Of a stretch of DNA of 64,000 nt, positions 1 to 11,503 are shown piece after piece. The DNA comes from an uncultured Verrucomicrobiae bacterium (GTDB taxonomy: Bacteria; Verrucomicrobiota; Verrucomicrobiia; Chthoniobacterales; Chthoniobacteraceae): assembly GCA_963836755.1 (NCBI GenBank), contig CAWIKF010000002.1, positions 1,664,001 to 1,728,000 of the forward strand. Reading direction: 5' to 3'. The notes under the pieces are model-generated. The model made no database searches. It was not told the origin of the DNA and saw only the letters and a program-made list of their open reading frames with translations. How positions within the stretch are numbered: the first letter of the stretch is position 1; every line of letters starts with the position of its first letter. Made by a program: the position numbers and the translations under genes.

Positions 1-2085
1 CTGCCCATTAGTAAGACTGGCCTTTATAAAGTTTGGGGCGGACTTTACCGAAACGTCTGGCTCTTGGAGACGGCGCCAGTGCACATTGACCCTACTGACT
101 ATGCCTCGCCCGGTGTGTATCTCACACCCAAGGATGTCACGAAAGACTCAGCGACTCTCAACATCCGGGCGTTGTTACAAAATACTTCGGGCAACAATGT
201 TCACGCGCTGGTGCGCTTTCGCATCCTGGATCCGATGGGAAAGGAAATAAGCAGCGCCAGCAAGCTCTCCGCGCCTGCCGAGATTCCCGCCAATGGGCGT
301 AGCTCCGTCGAGTTATCGACAGTCATCGATCACCCGCAGCTCTGGCAGGCATTGCACGCCGCAGTCTATCACGTAGAGACGACCGTCTCGGTGGATGGCA
401 AAGACATGGATGAAGTCACGCAGCCCACTGGCTTTCGATGGCTGGAGTGGGATTGGACGGATGGGACCGTGAAGCTCAATGGCCAGCGCATTATTCTCTA
501 CGGCGTCGATCTTCATCAAGAGACGGAGGCGGCGGGATCAGCAGTATCGCCCAACGACTTGAAGGCAAACTTTGCCGTGATGCAGGACTTGGGAAACAAC
601 TTTGTCCGACTTCCACATTATCCTCATGCCAGTCTCGAATACGATCTTGCCGATCAGGATGGCATTCTATGCTGGGCGGAAAACGGCCATAGCAATCGCA
701 AGGACATCGTCAGCCCTACGGCCGCACAAATCACGACTGAAATGGTAAAGCAGAACTATAACCATCCTTCGATCGTCTTCTGGAGCATGGGCAATGAGTC
801 GAATGCGGCGGTCGCCGATGAGTGTGTGCCCGTGGCCAAGGCCCTTGATTCCACCCGCCCCGTGGTAGTCGCGAATATGGCATCGACGCTGGCGGACTTC
901 CACACCGCCCATTCCTACCAGGGGTGGTATGGACCCAGCATGACCGGTTTCAAGCCAAAGGGTTTCATGACCGAAGTCGGCATAGGAGGAGTCGTGACCA
1001 CACACTGCGACTATGACAAAGCTAACTGGCAGACTAATAAGTATGAACCCGAGGAATACCAGCAAATCGGCGCCGAGTATCATTTTCAACAGGCGTTTCA
1101 CGGCGATGACAGCCATCTCGGCCTATTCTGCTGGTGGATACTGCGCGACTTCAGTGATGAGAAATACAAAGCCCCCGTCGGCTGGAACACCAAGGGGCTC
1201 GAGACCTATTCGCAATCGAAAAAGGACATCTACTATTTATATCGCGATTTTCTTCGGCCCAATACTCCCAGCGTCTGGATCACATCGAAACGCTATTTCC
1301 TAAGACAAGGCTCCGTGGAAAATGGAATCAAAGTCTATTCCAACGCCCCTAGTGTCTCATTGATTCTAAACGGGCAAAAAATCTCCACGCTTCCCAATGG
1401 GAAATACGTCATCCCCGATGGCCCATGGTCGCTCAAGGTGGAAAAACCGAGGAAAGACAAGGACGGAAACCTAAGACCTGCTCCTACGCCGAAACCTTAC
1501 ACAGCGGAAAAGGTCGACAACGTTTTCTATTGGCCGGTGCCAATGCGCACGGGGAAAAATATCGTCACCGCATCGGACGAGCAGGGGCACAGCGATACTG
1601 CGACCATCTACTTTTACGGCGAGAAAGGAGCACCGGAACTGCCGGTGGCATCGCCTTTGATCAAAGACCTCACCAGCTCGAATCCGCAGAACAAGGCTTA
1701 CTACATGGATATGCCAGTCCAGGCGCAATGGCCTGTTTACTACGATCTCGATTCGACCGCCGACAACTCGCTCAACACCATTCCAGCCTCAGTGGAGGGA
1801 GCCACGTGGATTGCGCTTCGCAGAGTGACGAAGCCAGAGCAGGTCACTGACGTGAGCTTCACTCTCAACCGTCCTGCAACCGTCTCGGTCCTCTGCACGA
1901 AGGCGGATACAGCACCCGCGTGGCTTGTGAGCGCCGGCTTCACTCAAACAACTACCGACCCGATCGACTGGCGCAACAACGACCTGCAGCTGATCCCGGC
2001 AGAACTTTATTCGCGTCACTTTGCCGCGGGCGAAACGGTAAAGCTCTCGATGGGCGAGCGTGACGCGTTGATCCTGCTGAAGTAA
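1..2085 (+). CDS. Glycoside hydrolase family 2 (beta-galactosidase/glucuronidase-like), 5'-truncated by the window edge
   Basis: The frame is open from base 1 (LPISKTGLYKVWGGLYRNVWLL, matching the GH2 GGIYRxV motif). Also GFRW, VRLPHYP and NHPSIVFWSMGNES (acid/base Glu). Confidence 0.9.
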   Translation: MPISKTGLYKVWGGLYRNVWLLETAPVHIDPTDYASPGVYLTPKDVTKDSATLNIRALLQNTSGNNVHALVRFRILDPMGKEISSASKLSAPAEIPANGRSSVELSTVIDHPQLWQALHAAVYHVETTVSVDGKDMDEVTQPTGFRWLEWDWTDGTVKLNGQRIILYGVDLHQETEAAGSAVSPNDLKANFAVMQDLGNNFVRLPHYPHASLEYDLADQDGILCWAENGHSNRKDIVSPTAAQITTEMVKQNYNHPSIVFWSMGNESNAAVADECVPVAKALDSTRPVVVANMASTLADFHTAHSYQGWYGPSMTGFKPKGFMTEVGIGGVVTTHCDYDKANWQTNKYEPEEYQQIGAEYHFQQAFHGDDSHLGLFCWWILRDFSDEKYKAPVGWNTKGLETYSQSKKDIYYLYRDFLRPNTPSVWITSKRYFLRQGSVENGIKVYSNAPSVSLILNGQKISTLPNGKYVIPDGPWSLKVEKPRKDKDGNLRPAPTPKPYTAEKVDNVFYWPVPMRTGKNIVTASDEQGHSDTATIYFYGEKGAPELPVASPLIKDLTSSNPQNKAYYMDMPVQAQWPVYYDLDSTADNSLNTIPASVEGATWIALRRVTKPEQVTDVSFTLNRPATVSVLCTKADTAPAWLVSAGFTQTTTDPIDWRNNDLQLIPAELYSRHFAAGETVKLSMGERDALILLK

Positions 2086-2130
2086 GGAAGAAATTCTGCT
2101 ACAAGGCCGAGTTCGGCGCGTCTCTAACTA

Positions 2131-2382
2131 CTTTTCGACCCATCGGAGATGTTTTGAAAAGAAGCACTTACTTTTCTGAGAAAAGTAGGGAAGTTTCAGC
2201 TGAAAGTAGGCAACTTCTCTGAAAAAGTAAGGAAGTTTGCGGCAAAACGAGCGAAGTTTCCTTCGGACTTGAAGGCTTTTCTGGAAGAAACAGTGGACTT
2301 TTCTTCTTCGGCATCTCCTTTTCTGGAAAAAGGAACTACTTTCCGACGCAAGTAACCAAGTTTCCGGCTGAACAACACAGCG
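2131..2382. repeat. Degenerate 21-bp tandem array (~11-12 units), consensus about TTTCTGGAAAAAGTAGGGAAG
   Basis: TTT/TTC recurs at 2152, 2173, 2194, 2215, 2236, 2257, 2278, 2299, 2320, 2341 and 2362 (exact 21-nt spacing). Many units have an A-tract ~9-11 nt later. Confidence 0.85.
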
Positions 2383-2441
2383 CATTGTTCCCTTTAGATT
2401 GCTCTTGCGCACCGTCCGTAAAGCGCCCATTCATTTTCCAA

Positions 2442-4676
2442 ATGAGTCCTCTCTCTCCCTACGCCCGCTTCGTCGCTCTCCTTATCCTACTGCTAAACTT
2501 TCACGCGTTTGCGGCGGAGAATGCCGACAGCGCGGCCGACATTTACAAGGATGCGTCCCAGCCGGTGGAGGCGCGCATCGCGGATCTTCTGCCGCGTTTG
2601 ACGCTGGATGAAAAGATCGAACTCATCGGCGGCGCATCTTTCATGACGACTCATGCGATCCCGCGTCTTGGAATCCCGGAGTTCCGCATGTCGGACGGAC
2701 CTTTCGGTGTGCGAGACGTGAATCGGGAAGGATCGAAGCAGGTGCCGACGCGCGTTTATGCCGGAGGAATGGCGCTGGCTGCATCGTGGGATGCCGGGCT
2801 GGCGCACAAAGTCGGCGCCGCGATTGGACGCGATTGCCGCGCGCGTGGCATCAATATCTTTCTCGGGCCCGGCATGAACCTTTACCGCGCGCCTTTCAGC
2901 GGACGGAACTTCGAGTATTTCGGCGAAGACCCGCTGCTGACGGGCGTGATTGCCAGCGGCTACATCCAGGGAGTGCAATCGCAAGGTGTGGCGGCGACGA
3001 TGAAACACTTTGTCGCGAACGAACAGGAACTCAATCGGCATAATATCAGCTCTGATGTGGACGAGCGGACCTTGCGCGAGCTTTATCTAAAGCCCTTCGA
3101 AATGGCGGTAGAAGCCGGCGTCTGGTGCGCGATGGACTCCTACAATCCGATCAATGGCATCCACGCGACCGAAAATGATTGGTTGAATAATAAGGTGCTC
3201 AAAGGCGACTGGGGCTTCAAAGGTGTGTTGATGTCGGATTGGTGGTCGATGGTTAGCACGCTCGCTTCGGCGAATGGTGGACTCGATCTCGAGATGCCGG
3301 GAAAGCCGCAGTTCTTTAAGGTTGAAAAGCTGAAGCCATTGATTGACTCGGGGCAGGTGACCATGGCGACCGTTGACGACAAGGTGCGGCGGATTTTCCG
3401 CGTGGTCTTCTCAATGGGCTGGATGGATCGCCCGCAGTTCGACTCTTCCATCCCAATGGATGATCCGCAAAGCGACCAGGTGACACTCGAAGGCGCGCGC
3501 GAAGGAATTACTTTGCTAAAGAATACGGGCAACCTTCTTCCGCTGAACCTTGCGAAGGTGAAGAAGATTGTCGTCCTTGGCCGCAACGCCGATCCAGCCA
3601 TAGCTGTCGGCGGTGGCAGTGCGCATATCGATTACATGCATGGCAAGAGTCTGTTGGATGGCCTCAAGGAGCTAGCTGGTGATGGCGTGGAGATCATTCG
3701 AATCCCTTGGAGCACCATGCCCGCGGGAACTGATTTCTCCAAGCCGTCAAAAACACCGTTTGCGCTTACGGCTTATGGCGCGCCGGGAAATCCAGCGCTT
3801 CCGCAGGATTTTGTGGACGCCATTAAGTCGGCGGATGCTGCCGTGATTTGCGTAGGCTTCAACGACAATGTCAAAGACTACTGGCAGTCCGATCACGCGC
3901 GGCCCGATGCGGAAGGTGAGGATATAGATCGCACCTATCAATTGCCTCCGGGTCAGGTGGAAGTCATCAAGGCGGTGTGCAAGCTAAATCCCAAGGTAGT
4001 CGTTGTGCTTAACGCCGGGGGGAGTGTGGAAACGAAGGATTGGATCGGCGATGTGCCTGTTCTGCTTGATGCTTACTATCCCGGACAGTTTGGAGGCACC
4101 GCAATTGCAGAAGTTCTTTTTGGAAAAATTAATCCATCGGGCAAGCTGCCATTCTCTTGGGAAACGGGTTGGGAAGATTCCGCCGCCTACGGCCACTTCC
4201 CGACCGCGTCGTCAAAAGACAACACTTACAAGGAAGGAGTTTTTCTAGGATACCGCTGGTTCGACAGCAAAGGCATCGAACCACTCTTCCCCTTTGGCCT
4301 CGGTCTCAGCTATACAAAGTTCGAGTATTCAGAACTGGACCTACAAGCTTCCGGCAACGGTGATTTCAAAGCGAGGTTTACAGTCACAAATAAAGGCGAC
4401 GTAGCAGGCGCGGAAGTTGCACAGCTTTATGTGGCGCCGCCGCAAGCGTCGGTTCCACGTCCCGTCCATGAGCTGAAAGGTTTCACGCGACTCGATCTGC
4501 AGCCCGGCGAGAGCAAATCTGCAAGCATCGTGGTTGCGGCGAAAGATTTGGGCTATTGGGACTCTTCGTTGAAGAAGTGGAAAGTAACCGCCGGCAAATA
4601 CAAGATTGAGGTAGGTTCTTCATCGCGGGACTTGTCGCTGCTCGGTGAGGTTGCGGAAGCCGCAATCGATGAGTAG
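2442..4676 (+). CDS. GH3 beta-glucosidase with signal peptide and C-terminal FN3-like domain
   Basis: RLGIP, SDGPFG, GRNFEYFGEDP, KHFVAN, GVLMSDW (nucleophile Asp), PSGKLP, YKEGVFLGYRWF, FPFGLGLSYT. ATG 2442 precedes a hydrophobic signal. Confidence 0.95.
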   Translation: MSPLSPYARFVALLILLLNFHAFAAENADSAADIYKDASQPVEARIADLLPRLTLDEKIELIGGASFMTTHAIPRLGIPEFRMSDGPFGVRDVNREGSKQVPTRVYAGGMALAASWDAGLAHKVGAAIGRDCRARGINIFLGPGMNLYRAPFSGRNFEYFGEDPLLTGVIASGYIQGVQSQGVAATMKHFVANEQELNRHNISSDVDERTLRELYLKPFEMAVEAGVWCAMDSYNPINGIHATENDWLNNKVLKGDWGFKGVLMSDWWSMVSTLASANGGLDLEMPGKPQFFKVEKLKPLIDSGQVTMATVDDKVRRIFRVVFSMGWMDRPQFDSSIPMDDPQSDQVTLEGAREGITLLKNTGNLLPLNLAKVKKIVVLGRNADPAIAVGGGSAHIDYMHGKSLLDGLKELAGDGVEIIRIPWSTMPAGTDFSKPSKTPFALTAYGAPGNPALPQDFVDAIKSADAAVICVGFNDNVKDYWQSDHARPDAEGEDIDRTYQLPPGQVEVIKAVCKLNPKVVVVLNAGGSVETKDWIGDVPVLLDAYYPGQFGGTAIAEVLFGKINPSGKLPFSWETGWEDSAAYGHFPTASSKDNTYKEGVFLGYRWFDSKGIEPLFPFGLGLSYTKFEYSELDLQASGNGDFKARFTVTNKGDVAGAEVAQLYVAPPQASVPRPVHELKGFTRLDLQPGESKSASIVVAAKDLGYWDSSLKKWKVTAGKYKIEVGSSSRDLSLLGEVAEAAIDE

Positions 4677-4726
4677 TTGCATGGTCTGGAAGTCACCTGA
4701 TCAAAGCTTTTTTTTGCTAACACAGA

Positions 4727-5686
4727 ATGAAAGCCACCAATCACGCACTCGTTTTTTTAGTGCTCGCTATCCGTGCCGGAGCCGGTGAGCCGGCTGAATA
4801 CGCACCGCCTGCTCCCGCCGCGAAAGTAGCCACTCTTCGCGAAACATGGCGGGACGCGGCGCGCGAACGTGACGTGCCGGTAAAGATTTACTATCCCGAA
4901 AAAAGCGCGTCGCCTGCGCCCGTCATTATTTTTTCGCACGGCCTCGGCGGCACGCGGGACGGTTACGCTTATCTTGGCGAGCGCTGGGCGGGCTGCGGAT
5001 ACATTTCGGTGCACGTGCAGCATCTCGGAAGCGACGACGCAGTTTGGCGCAAAGGCGGCCCCGGCGCGATGCGAGACGCGGTGCTCGACGTGCGCAATGC
5101 GATCAACCGATTGAAGGACGTTACGTTCGCCATTGATCGTGTGCTGGCGCTTAATGGCGACGCGAGCTCGCCTTTGCATGCGCGCGCCGATGCCGAGCAC
5201 ATCGGCATCGCTGGTCACTCGTTCGGTGGCTGGACCACACTCGCGGCGACGGGCGAGCGATTGCCTCTCGTCGGCGACACTCTTGCCGATCCGCGGCTCA
5301 AGGCGGGAATTGCGATGAGTCCGCCGGTGCCCAAATTGCCGACGGAACGGGCGACCGCATTTGCCGACATCAAAGTTCCGATCTTCGTCATGACAGGAAC
5401 GCTCGACAACAGCCCGCTCGGCGAAACTGCCGCGGACGAAAGGCGCATCGCCTTTGACAAAATTAAAACGCCCGGCTCCTGCCTGCTCATTTTCAAAGGC
5501 GCCGACCACATGAGCTTCGCCATCCAAAGGAATAAGAATGACGCGAATTTCCATGCGCTCATCAATGACGCGTCGACGGCATTTTGGGATGCGCATCTGC
5601 GCGGGAACGCGGCCGCGGCGAAGTGGCTCGAGCAAGGCGGCTTCGCATCGGAGCTCGACGGAAACGGGACCTTCGAAAGAAAATAG
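4727..5686 (+). CDS. Secreted alpha/beta hydrolase (predicted dienelactone hydrolase/chlorophyllase-like)
   Basis: FSHGLGG oxyanion region, GHSFGG nucleophile elbow, GTLD and ADHMSF triad motifs, N-terminal signal. Confidence 0.85.
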   Translation: MKATNHALVFLVLAIRAGAGEPAEYAPPAPAAKVATLRETWRDAARERDVPVKIYYPEKSASPAPVIIFSHGLGGTRDGYAYLGERWAGCGYISVHVQHLGSDDAVWRKGGPGAMRDAVLDVRNAINRLKDVTFAIDRVLALNGDASSPLHARADAEHIGIAGHSFGGWTTLAATGERLPLVGDTLADPRLKAGIAMSPPVPKLPTERATAFADIKVPIFVMTGTLDNSPLGETAADERRIAFDKIKTPGSCLLIFKGADHMSFAIQRNKNDANFHALINDASTAFWDAHLRGNAAAAKWLEQGGFASELDGNGTFERK

Positions 5687-5746
5687 ACCGTCAACGGTTC
5701 TTGTCCGTTTGTATAACGCGATGTTCACTCGTTGCGTATAAAAATC

Positions 5747-6760
5747 ATGCAACTCGCAGTCCTCAATCCCGGCGGACGAGATCCGGAGCAGGCGTTTCGC
5801 GACTTTGCCGGCGAGCCCGATGATCGCGTGCATGCGCCGGTCAACTATCACGCCTACGCGGCATGCACCGGCGGCGCATTTTATGAAAATGCCGCGGCGA
5901 TTTCGGCGGCGCAGCGTCATGTCCTGCTGCTCATCCGACGCGATTTGCGCGAATGCCTGGACGCGCTGCGGGAATTGAAAGCAGCGGGTAAAATTGTGGC
6001 AGTTTCGCTGAAAGAATCCGGCGCCGCTCAGTTTGCGCACGCGTTTGCAGACGCACTTCGGATGGAACTTTTTCGCGAAATCTGCGCGCTTGCCGGCGCG
6101 GCTCTCAGCAGCACGCCCGACCTCGTGCCCATCTACCAGACGGCGGGCGCCCAAGTCGCGGAATTCATTCCGACGCCGTATCCGGTGGATGATGCGCGGT
6201 GGGATTTTTCCGAGCCGATTGCTCCACGGCGCGGCGTCTTCATCGGAACGCGCGAGCTCGATGTTTCATCGCGCCATCATCTTGCGGCTGTGCTTGCGGC
6301 CATGGAATTGCGTGCGCCGATCACGGTGATCAATCGCGACGGACGCGCCGGGCGACGACCGCTGGAAATGCTTGGCTGCAAAAGTTTAAACATCGTCGAA
6401 GGCCCGCTGCCTTACACGGCCTACCTGAAATTGATGGCGCGCCATCGGCTGGTTTTTCAACTCGATCGCAGCGCGGTGCCGGGTCAGGTCGCCGGCGATG
6501 CATTGCTGTGCCGCATCCCATGCGTCGGCGGGGACGGCGCGATTGAACGGATTGTTTTTCCCGACTCGCACGGTCACGGACCCAGTCGTGGTTCCGCTGC
6601 GCTCATGCCGATCACGGCAAAGTTACTCGCTGATGATGCGGCTTACGCGCAGGCTATCGAGAACTCACAGCGATTGGCGCGCGAGCAGGTTTCCTTCAGC
6701 GCGATCAGAGCGCGGCTTGAGGATTTTTTTCAGCGGCTCGAGAGAACGGAGCGCGCCTAA
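5747..6760 (+). CDS. Hypothetical protein, possibly GT-B glycosyltransferase-like
   Basis: Long ORF with gene-like codon usage. C-terminal GQVAGDALLCRIPCVG resembles the GT-B 'G...EA...G.P.V' motif. Confidence 0.6.
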   Translation: MQLAVLNPGGRDPEQAFRDFAGEPDDRVHAPVNYHAYAACTGGAFYENAAAISAAQRHVLLLIRRDLRECLDALRELKAAGKIVAVSLKESGAAQFAHAFADALRMELFREICALAGAALSSTPDLVPIYQTAGAQVAEFIPTPYPVDDARWDFSEPIAPRRGVFIGTRELDVSSRHHLAAVLAAMELRAPITVINRDGRAGRRPLEMLGCKSLNIVEGPLPYTAYLKLMARHRLVFQLDRSAVPGQVAGDALLCRIPCVGGDGAIERIVFPDSHGHGPSRGSAALMPITAKLLADDAAYAQAIENSQRLAREQVSFSAIRARLEDFFQRLERTERA

Positions 6761-7986
6761 TTGCAGAGAAGCGCCGCCCGGTCAATCCCGTGCAACTCGA
6801 ACAGGCGCAGGATCGTGTCCTCGATCAGGTTGTTCGGACAGCTCGCGCCGGCAGTGATGCCGATGGTGAGCGGCAGCGTCGGAAGCCAATTTTCGGTCTC
6901 GATTTCGCGATGCTGGTGCAAGTTGTAATGCGTGATTTTTTGACGCGATTGAAGGCGGCTCGCGTTGCGGATGAAATACGTGGGCAACTTTTCCTCGCCC
7001 ATCTCCGCGAGGTGCGACGTGTTCGAGCTGTTGTAGCCGCCGACGACGATGAGCAGGTTCAACCGGTCGTGAAACATGTCGCGCAAGGCATCCTGCCGTT
7101 CCTGTGTCGCGCCGCAAATGGTGTCAAAAAAGCGGAAGCTCTGTTTTACAGCGTGTTCGCCGTCGCGGTCCTTCACCGCAGCTTCAATGCGGCGCTGCAC
7201 CTCCTCGGTTTCGCCGCGCATCATCGTCGTCTGGTTGGCTACGCCAACGCGACGCAGATGCACGTCGGGATCAAATCCGGGGCTGTAGCCGCCGCGAAAT
7301 TTTTCCAAAAACGCATGTTTATCGCCTCCATGCCGGATGTATTCACAAACGTAATCAGTGTCCGCGAGCGTGAGCACGATCAAGTAATGACCTTTGCCGC
7401 CGACGATGGCGCGGCTCGCTGTCGCCTTGGTTTCCTCGTGTTCGGCCTTGCCGTGAATGATCGACGTGACGTCATCACTGGCATTTTGTCGCACGCGTTT
7501 CCAGACGCTCATCACATCGCCGCAGGTGGTATCGACGATCTGACAGCGACGCTCCTTGATGCGCGCGAGCGTTGTTACATCGGTGCCGAACGCGGGCACG
7601 ATCACGACATCCTCGGGCGTGAGGTCATCGACTTCGGCTTCCTTGCTTTGGCCAATCAAATTTTTGATGCCGAGCGCGCGGATTTGCTCGTTGACCTCTG
7701 GGTTGTGGATGATTTCGCCGAGGATGAAAAGGCGGCGATCGGTGAAAACTTTTGCTGCCGCGTAGGCGAGATCGATCGCGCGCTCGACGCCGTAGCAAAA
7801 GCCAAATTGCTTCGCGAGCTTCACCGTCAGCCCGCTGTGCGTGAGCGTGCCGCCGCTGGCGCGTAATTTTTCAACGACCTCGCTGCGATAATGCGATTCG
7901 ACCTGCGCCTGCACCGCCGTCATCACGTCGGGCGTGCGCAGGTTTACGCGCTTCGCGGGGGCGGTGGGGAGAGCAGGCGTGCTCAA
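6757..7986 (-). CDS. ispH: 4-hydroxy-3-methylbut-2-enyl diphosphate reductase
   Basis: FGFCYGVERA, EIIHNP, DTTC, NQTT, DTICGATQERQ, VGGYNSSNT, TAGASCP. Confidence 0.97.
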   Translation of the reverse strand: MSTPALPTAPAKRVNLRTPDVMTAVQAQVESHYRSEVVEKLRASGGTLTHSGLTVKLAKQFGFCYGVERAIDLAYAAAKVFTDRRLFILGEIIHNPEVNEQIRALGIKNLIGQSKEAEVDDLTPEDVVIVPAFGTDVTTLARIKERRCQIVDTTCGDVMSVWKRVRQNASDDVTSIIHGKAEHEETKATASRAIVGGKGHYLIVLTLADTDYVCEYIRHGGDKHAFLEKFRGGYSPGFDPDVHLRRVGVANQTTMMRGETEEVQRRIEAAVKDRDGEHAVKQSFRFFDTICGATQERQDALRDMFHDRLNLLIVVGGYNSSNTSHLAEMGEEKLPTYFIRNASRLQSRQKITHYNLHQHREIETENWLPTLPLTIGITAGASCPNNLIEDTILRLFELHGIDRAALLCN

Positions 7987-7989
7987 AAC

Positions 7990-8631
7990 TTAGTCCAGCA
8001 GCAACTGCCCCGGCGGATCCTGGAAATACGTGTCCGACATCAGGCGCGCGGCCGGCGGATCGGGAGCATTGCGCTGGTCGAGATGCTGCACAGTTTTACC
8101 GATTGTTGCATCCTCAGGCTGCGTCGGCTCGATGTTTACGGGAGTGCCGATTTTGGTCAGCGCGAACAGACGAGCCGCGGCTTCTTTGTGCAAGCGGATG
8201 CAGCCGTGCGTGCGCGGAACCGACCAGACGAAACCCTCGTGAAAACCATACGACGGCGCGAACTCCTGCCAAAAGCCCATCGGGTAGCCGACTGCTACGC
8301 TTTGCCCGTGATGAATATCGGCCGGCTCGCCGTTGCGCGTGAAGCCGAAGCTGCCGGAGCGCTTTTTGCGCTGCTTGCTGATGATCGAGTGATGGCCGAG
8401 CGGCGTCGACCCGTTTTCGCCGACGCAGCCTTGCACCGCCATGAGGCAGCGGTCGCCTTCCATGACATAGATGTGCTCGGTCGAGGTCGAAACATCGACG
8501 CGCACGGCATTCGGATTATGCGGCTTGTAAGCGGTCACGTGATACTCGCCGCCGGAGGAGGAGCCGGTCGCGCAGCCCGAGACGAAAAGAGCGCCGATCG
8601 CGGCGAAGAGAAAGGGCAGGATTTTTTTCAT
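7990..8631 (-). CDS. L,D-transpeptidase family lipoprotein
   Basis: Lipobox VSGC; catalytic H...THGCIRL motif; GTPV. Confidence 0.85.
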   Translation of the reverse strand: MKKILPFLFAAIGALFVSGCATGSSSGGEYHVTAYKPHNPNAVRVDVSTSTEHIYVMEGDRCLMAVQGCVGENGSTPLGHHSIISKQRKKRSGSFGFTRNGEPADIHHGQSVAVGYPMGFWQEFAPSYGFHEGFVWSVPRTHGCIRLHKEAAARLFALTKIGTPVNIEPTQPEDATIGKTVQHLDQRNAPDPPAARLMSDTYFQDPPGQLLLD

Positions 8632-8685
8632 GAATTGCTATGAGCAGAAAGCGCATCATCGCTGTTTTGTCAAACACGGAAGGCG

Positions 8686-9750
8686 CTATTCCCGCGTCTG
8701 CTCGCGCCAAAGTTTTTCAAATTTTGACGACGGATTTGCGTAGAACGGATACGGGCGCTGCGCATCCGCCGGCCGATAGCGCCAATGTTTATAAGCCCAC
8801 ATCCACGATTCCGGATTCTCGCGCACCCACGGCTCCAATTGGTTCCAGCAAAGTTGCGCGATCTGCGCCAGCGTCGCGTCGGCGGGCACTGCGATCGGCG
8901 GATGCAAAACCGCATGGCATCTGCCATCGGGAAAAGAGCGACTCTCCATCGGGACCAATGCCGCGCCGCCGCGTTCGGCGAGCACCGCGTGAAGCAGCGT
9001 GACGCAAGTTTTCATTCCAAATGTTTCGATGATCGCCGCGGCTTGTGTCGGCGGGAGATTCAAGTCGACCAGGATTCCGCCGAAGCCGCCGCGTTTTACA
9101 TGTTTTAACAGACGGATCATCGACCGGTCCTGCGAAATCATCTGATGCCCCGAGACCTGGCGCAGGCGGCGGAACACCGCGTCGAGGAGTGGGTTTTTGA
9201 AATCCTCCGTCACGATCATGCCGGGGAATCCGCAGAAACCGCCGGCGAGGCTCGCCCATTCGAAGTTCTCCTGATGGATGCACATCATGATCGCGCCGCG
9301 GCCCTCCGCGCGCAGTTTTTCCAAAACTTCCCCGCCATCGAGCGTCATGTATTTCTGGAAATTTTTCGCATTCACGCGCGGCGACCAGAACAAATTCAGC
9401 ATCGTTCGCGCGAAGCCGCGATACGACTTTTGCGCGATTTTTTCGCGCTCGCGCGGTGAATATTTTTCGCTGAAAGCAACTGCAAGATTTGCCAGCGCGA
9501 CTGCACGGCCGCGACTGTCGAAACGGTATGCAACGCTGCCGAGCGCGTTCGCGAGCATTGTGCAAACTCGATGCGGCAGCAGTGGCACGCCGTGCGCGAG
9601 CAGCTCGCAGCCGAGCCACTCGAGACGATGGCGAATCTTTTTCCAAACATTCTGCACGGCGCGTAGTAAAATACGCGGCGGTCGAAAAACGAAAGCTCCT
9701 TTCGCCGCGGCGGCGGAATCATCTTGGAAAGTCTTGCCGCCCGTTGACAT
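8686..9750 (-). CDS. Lipid A biosynthesis acyltransferase (LpxL/HtrB family)
   Basis: ANLAVAF, HQENFE (H-x4-E), ILVDL, PESWMWAYKHWR. The start may be downstream of 9750. Confidence 0.85.
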   Translation of the reverse strand: MSTGGKTFQDDSAAAAKGAFVFRPPRILLRAVQNVWKKIRHRLEWLGCELLAHGVPLLPHRVCTMLANALGSVAYRFDSRGRAVALANLAVAFSEKYSPREREKIAQKSYRGFARTMLNLFWSPRVNAKNFQKYMTLDGGEVLEKLRAEGRGAIMMCIHQENFEWASLAGGFCGFPGMIVTEDFKNPLLDAVFRRLRQVSGHQMISQDRSMIRLLKHVKRGGFGGILVDLNLPPTQAAAIIETFGMKTCVTLLHAVLAERGGAALVPMESRSFPDGRCHAVLHPPIAVPADATLAQIAQLCWNQLEPWVRENPESWMWAYKHWRYRPADAQRPYPFYANPSSKFEKLWREQTRE

Positions 9751-9794
9751 GGCGAAGCCGCATCAATAGTTTTTAAGAACAAACCTCCTCCCGA

Positions 9795-11498
<1,704 letters not shown>

Positions 11499-11503
11499 AG
11501 GCC

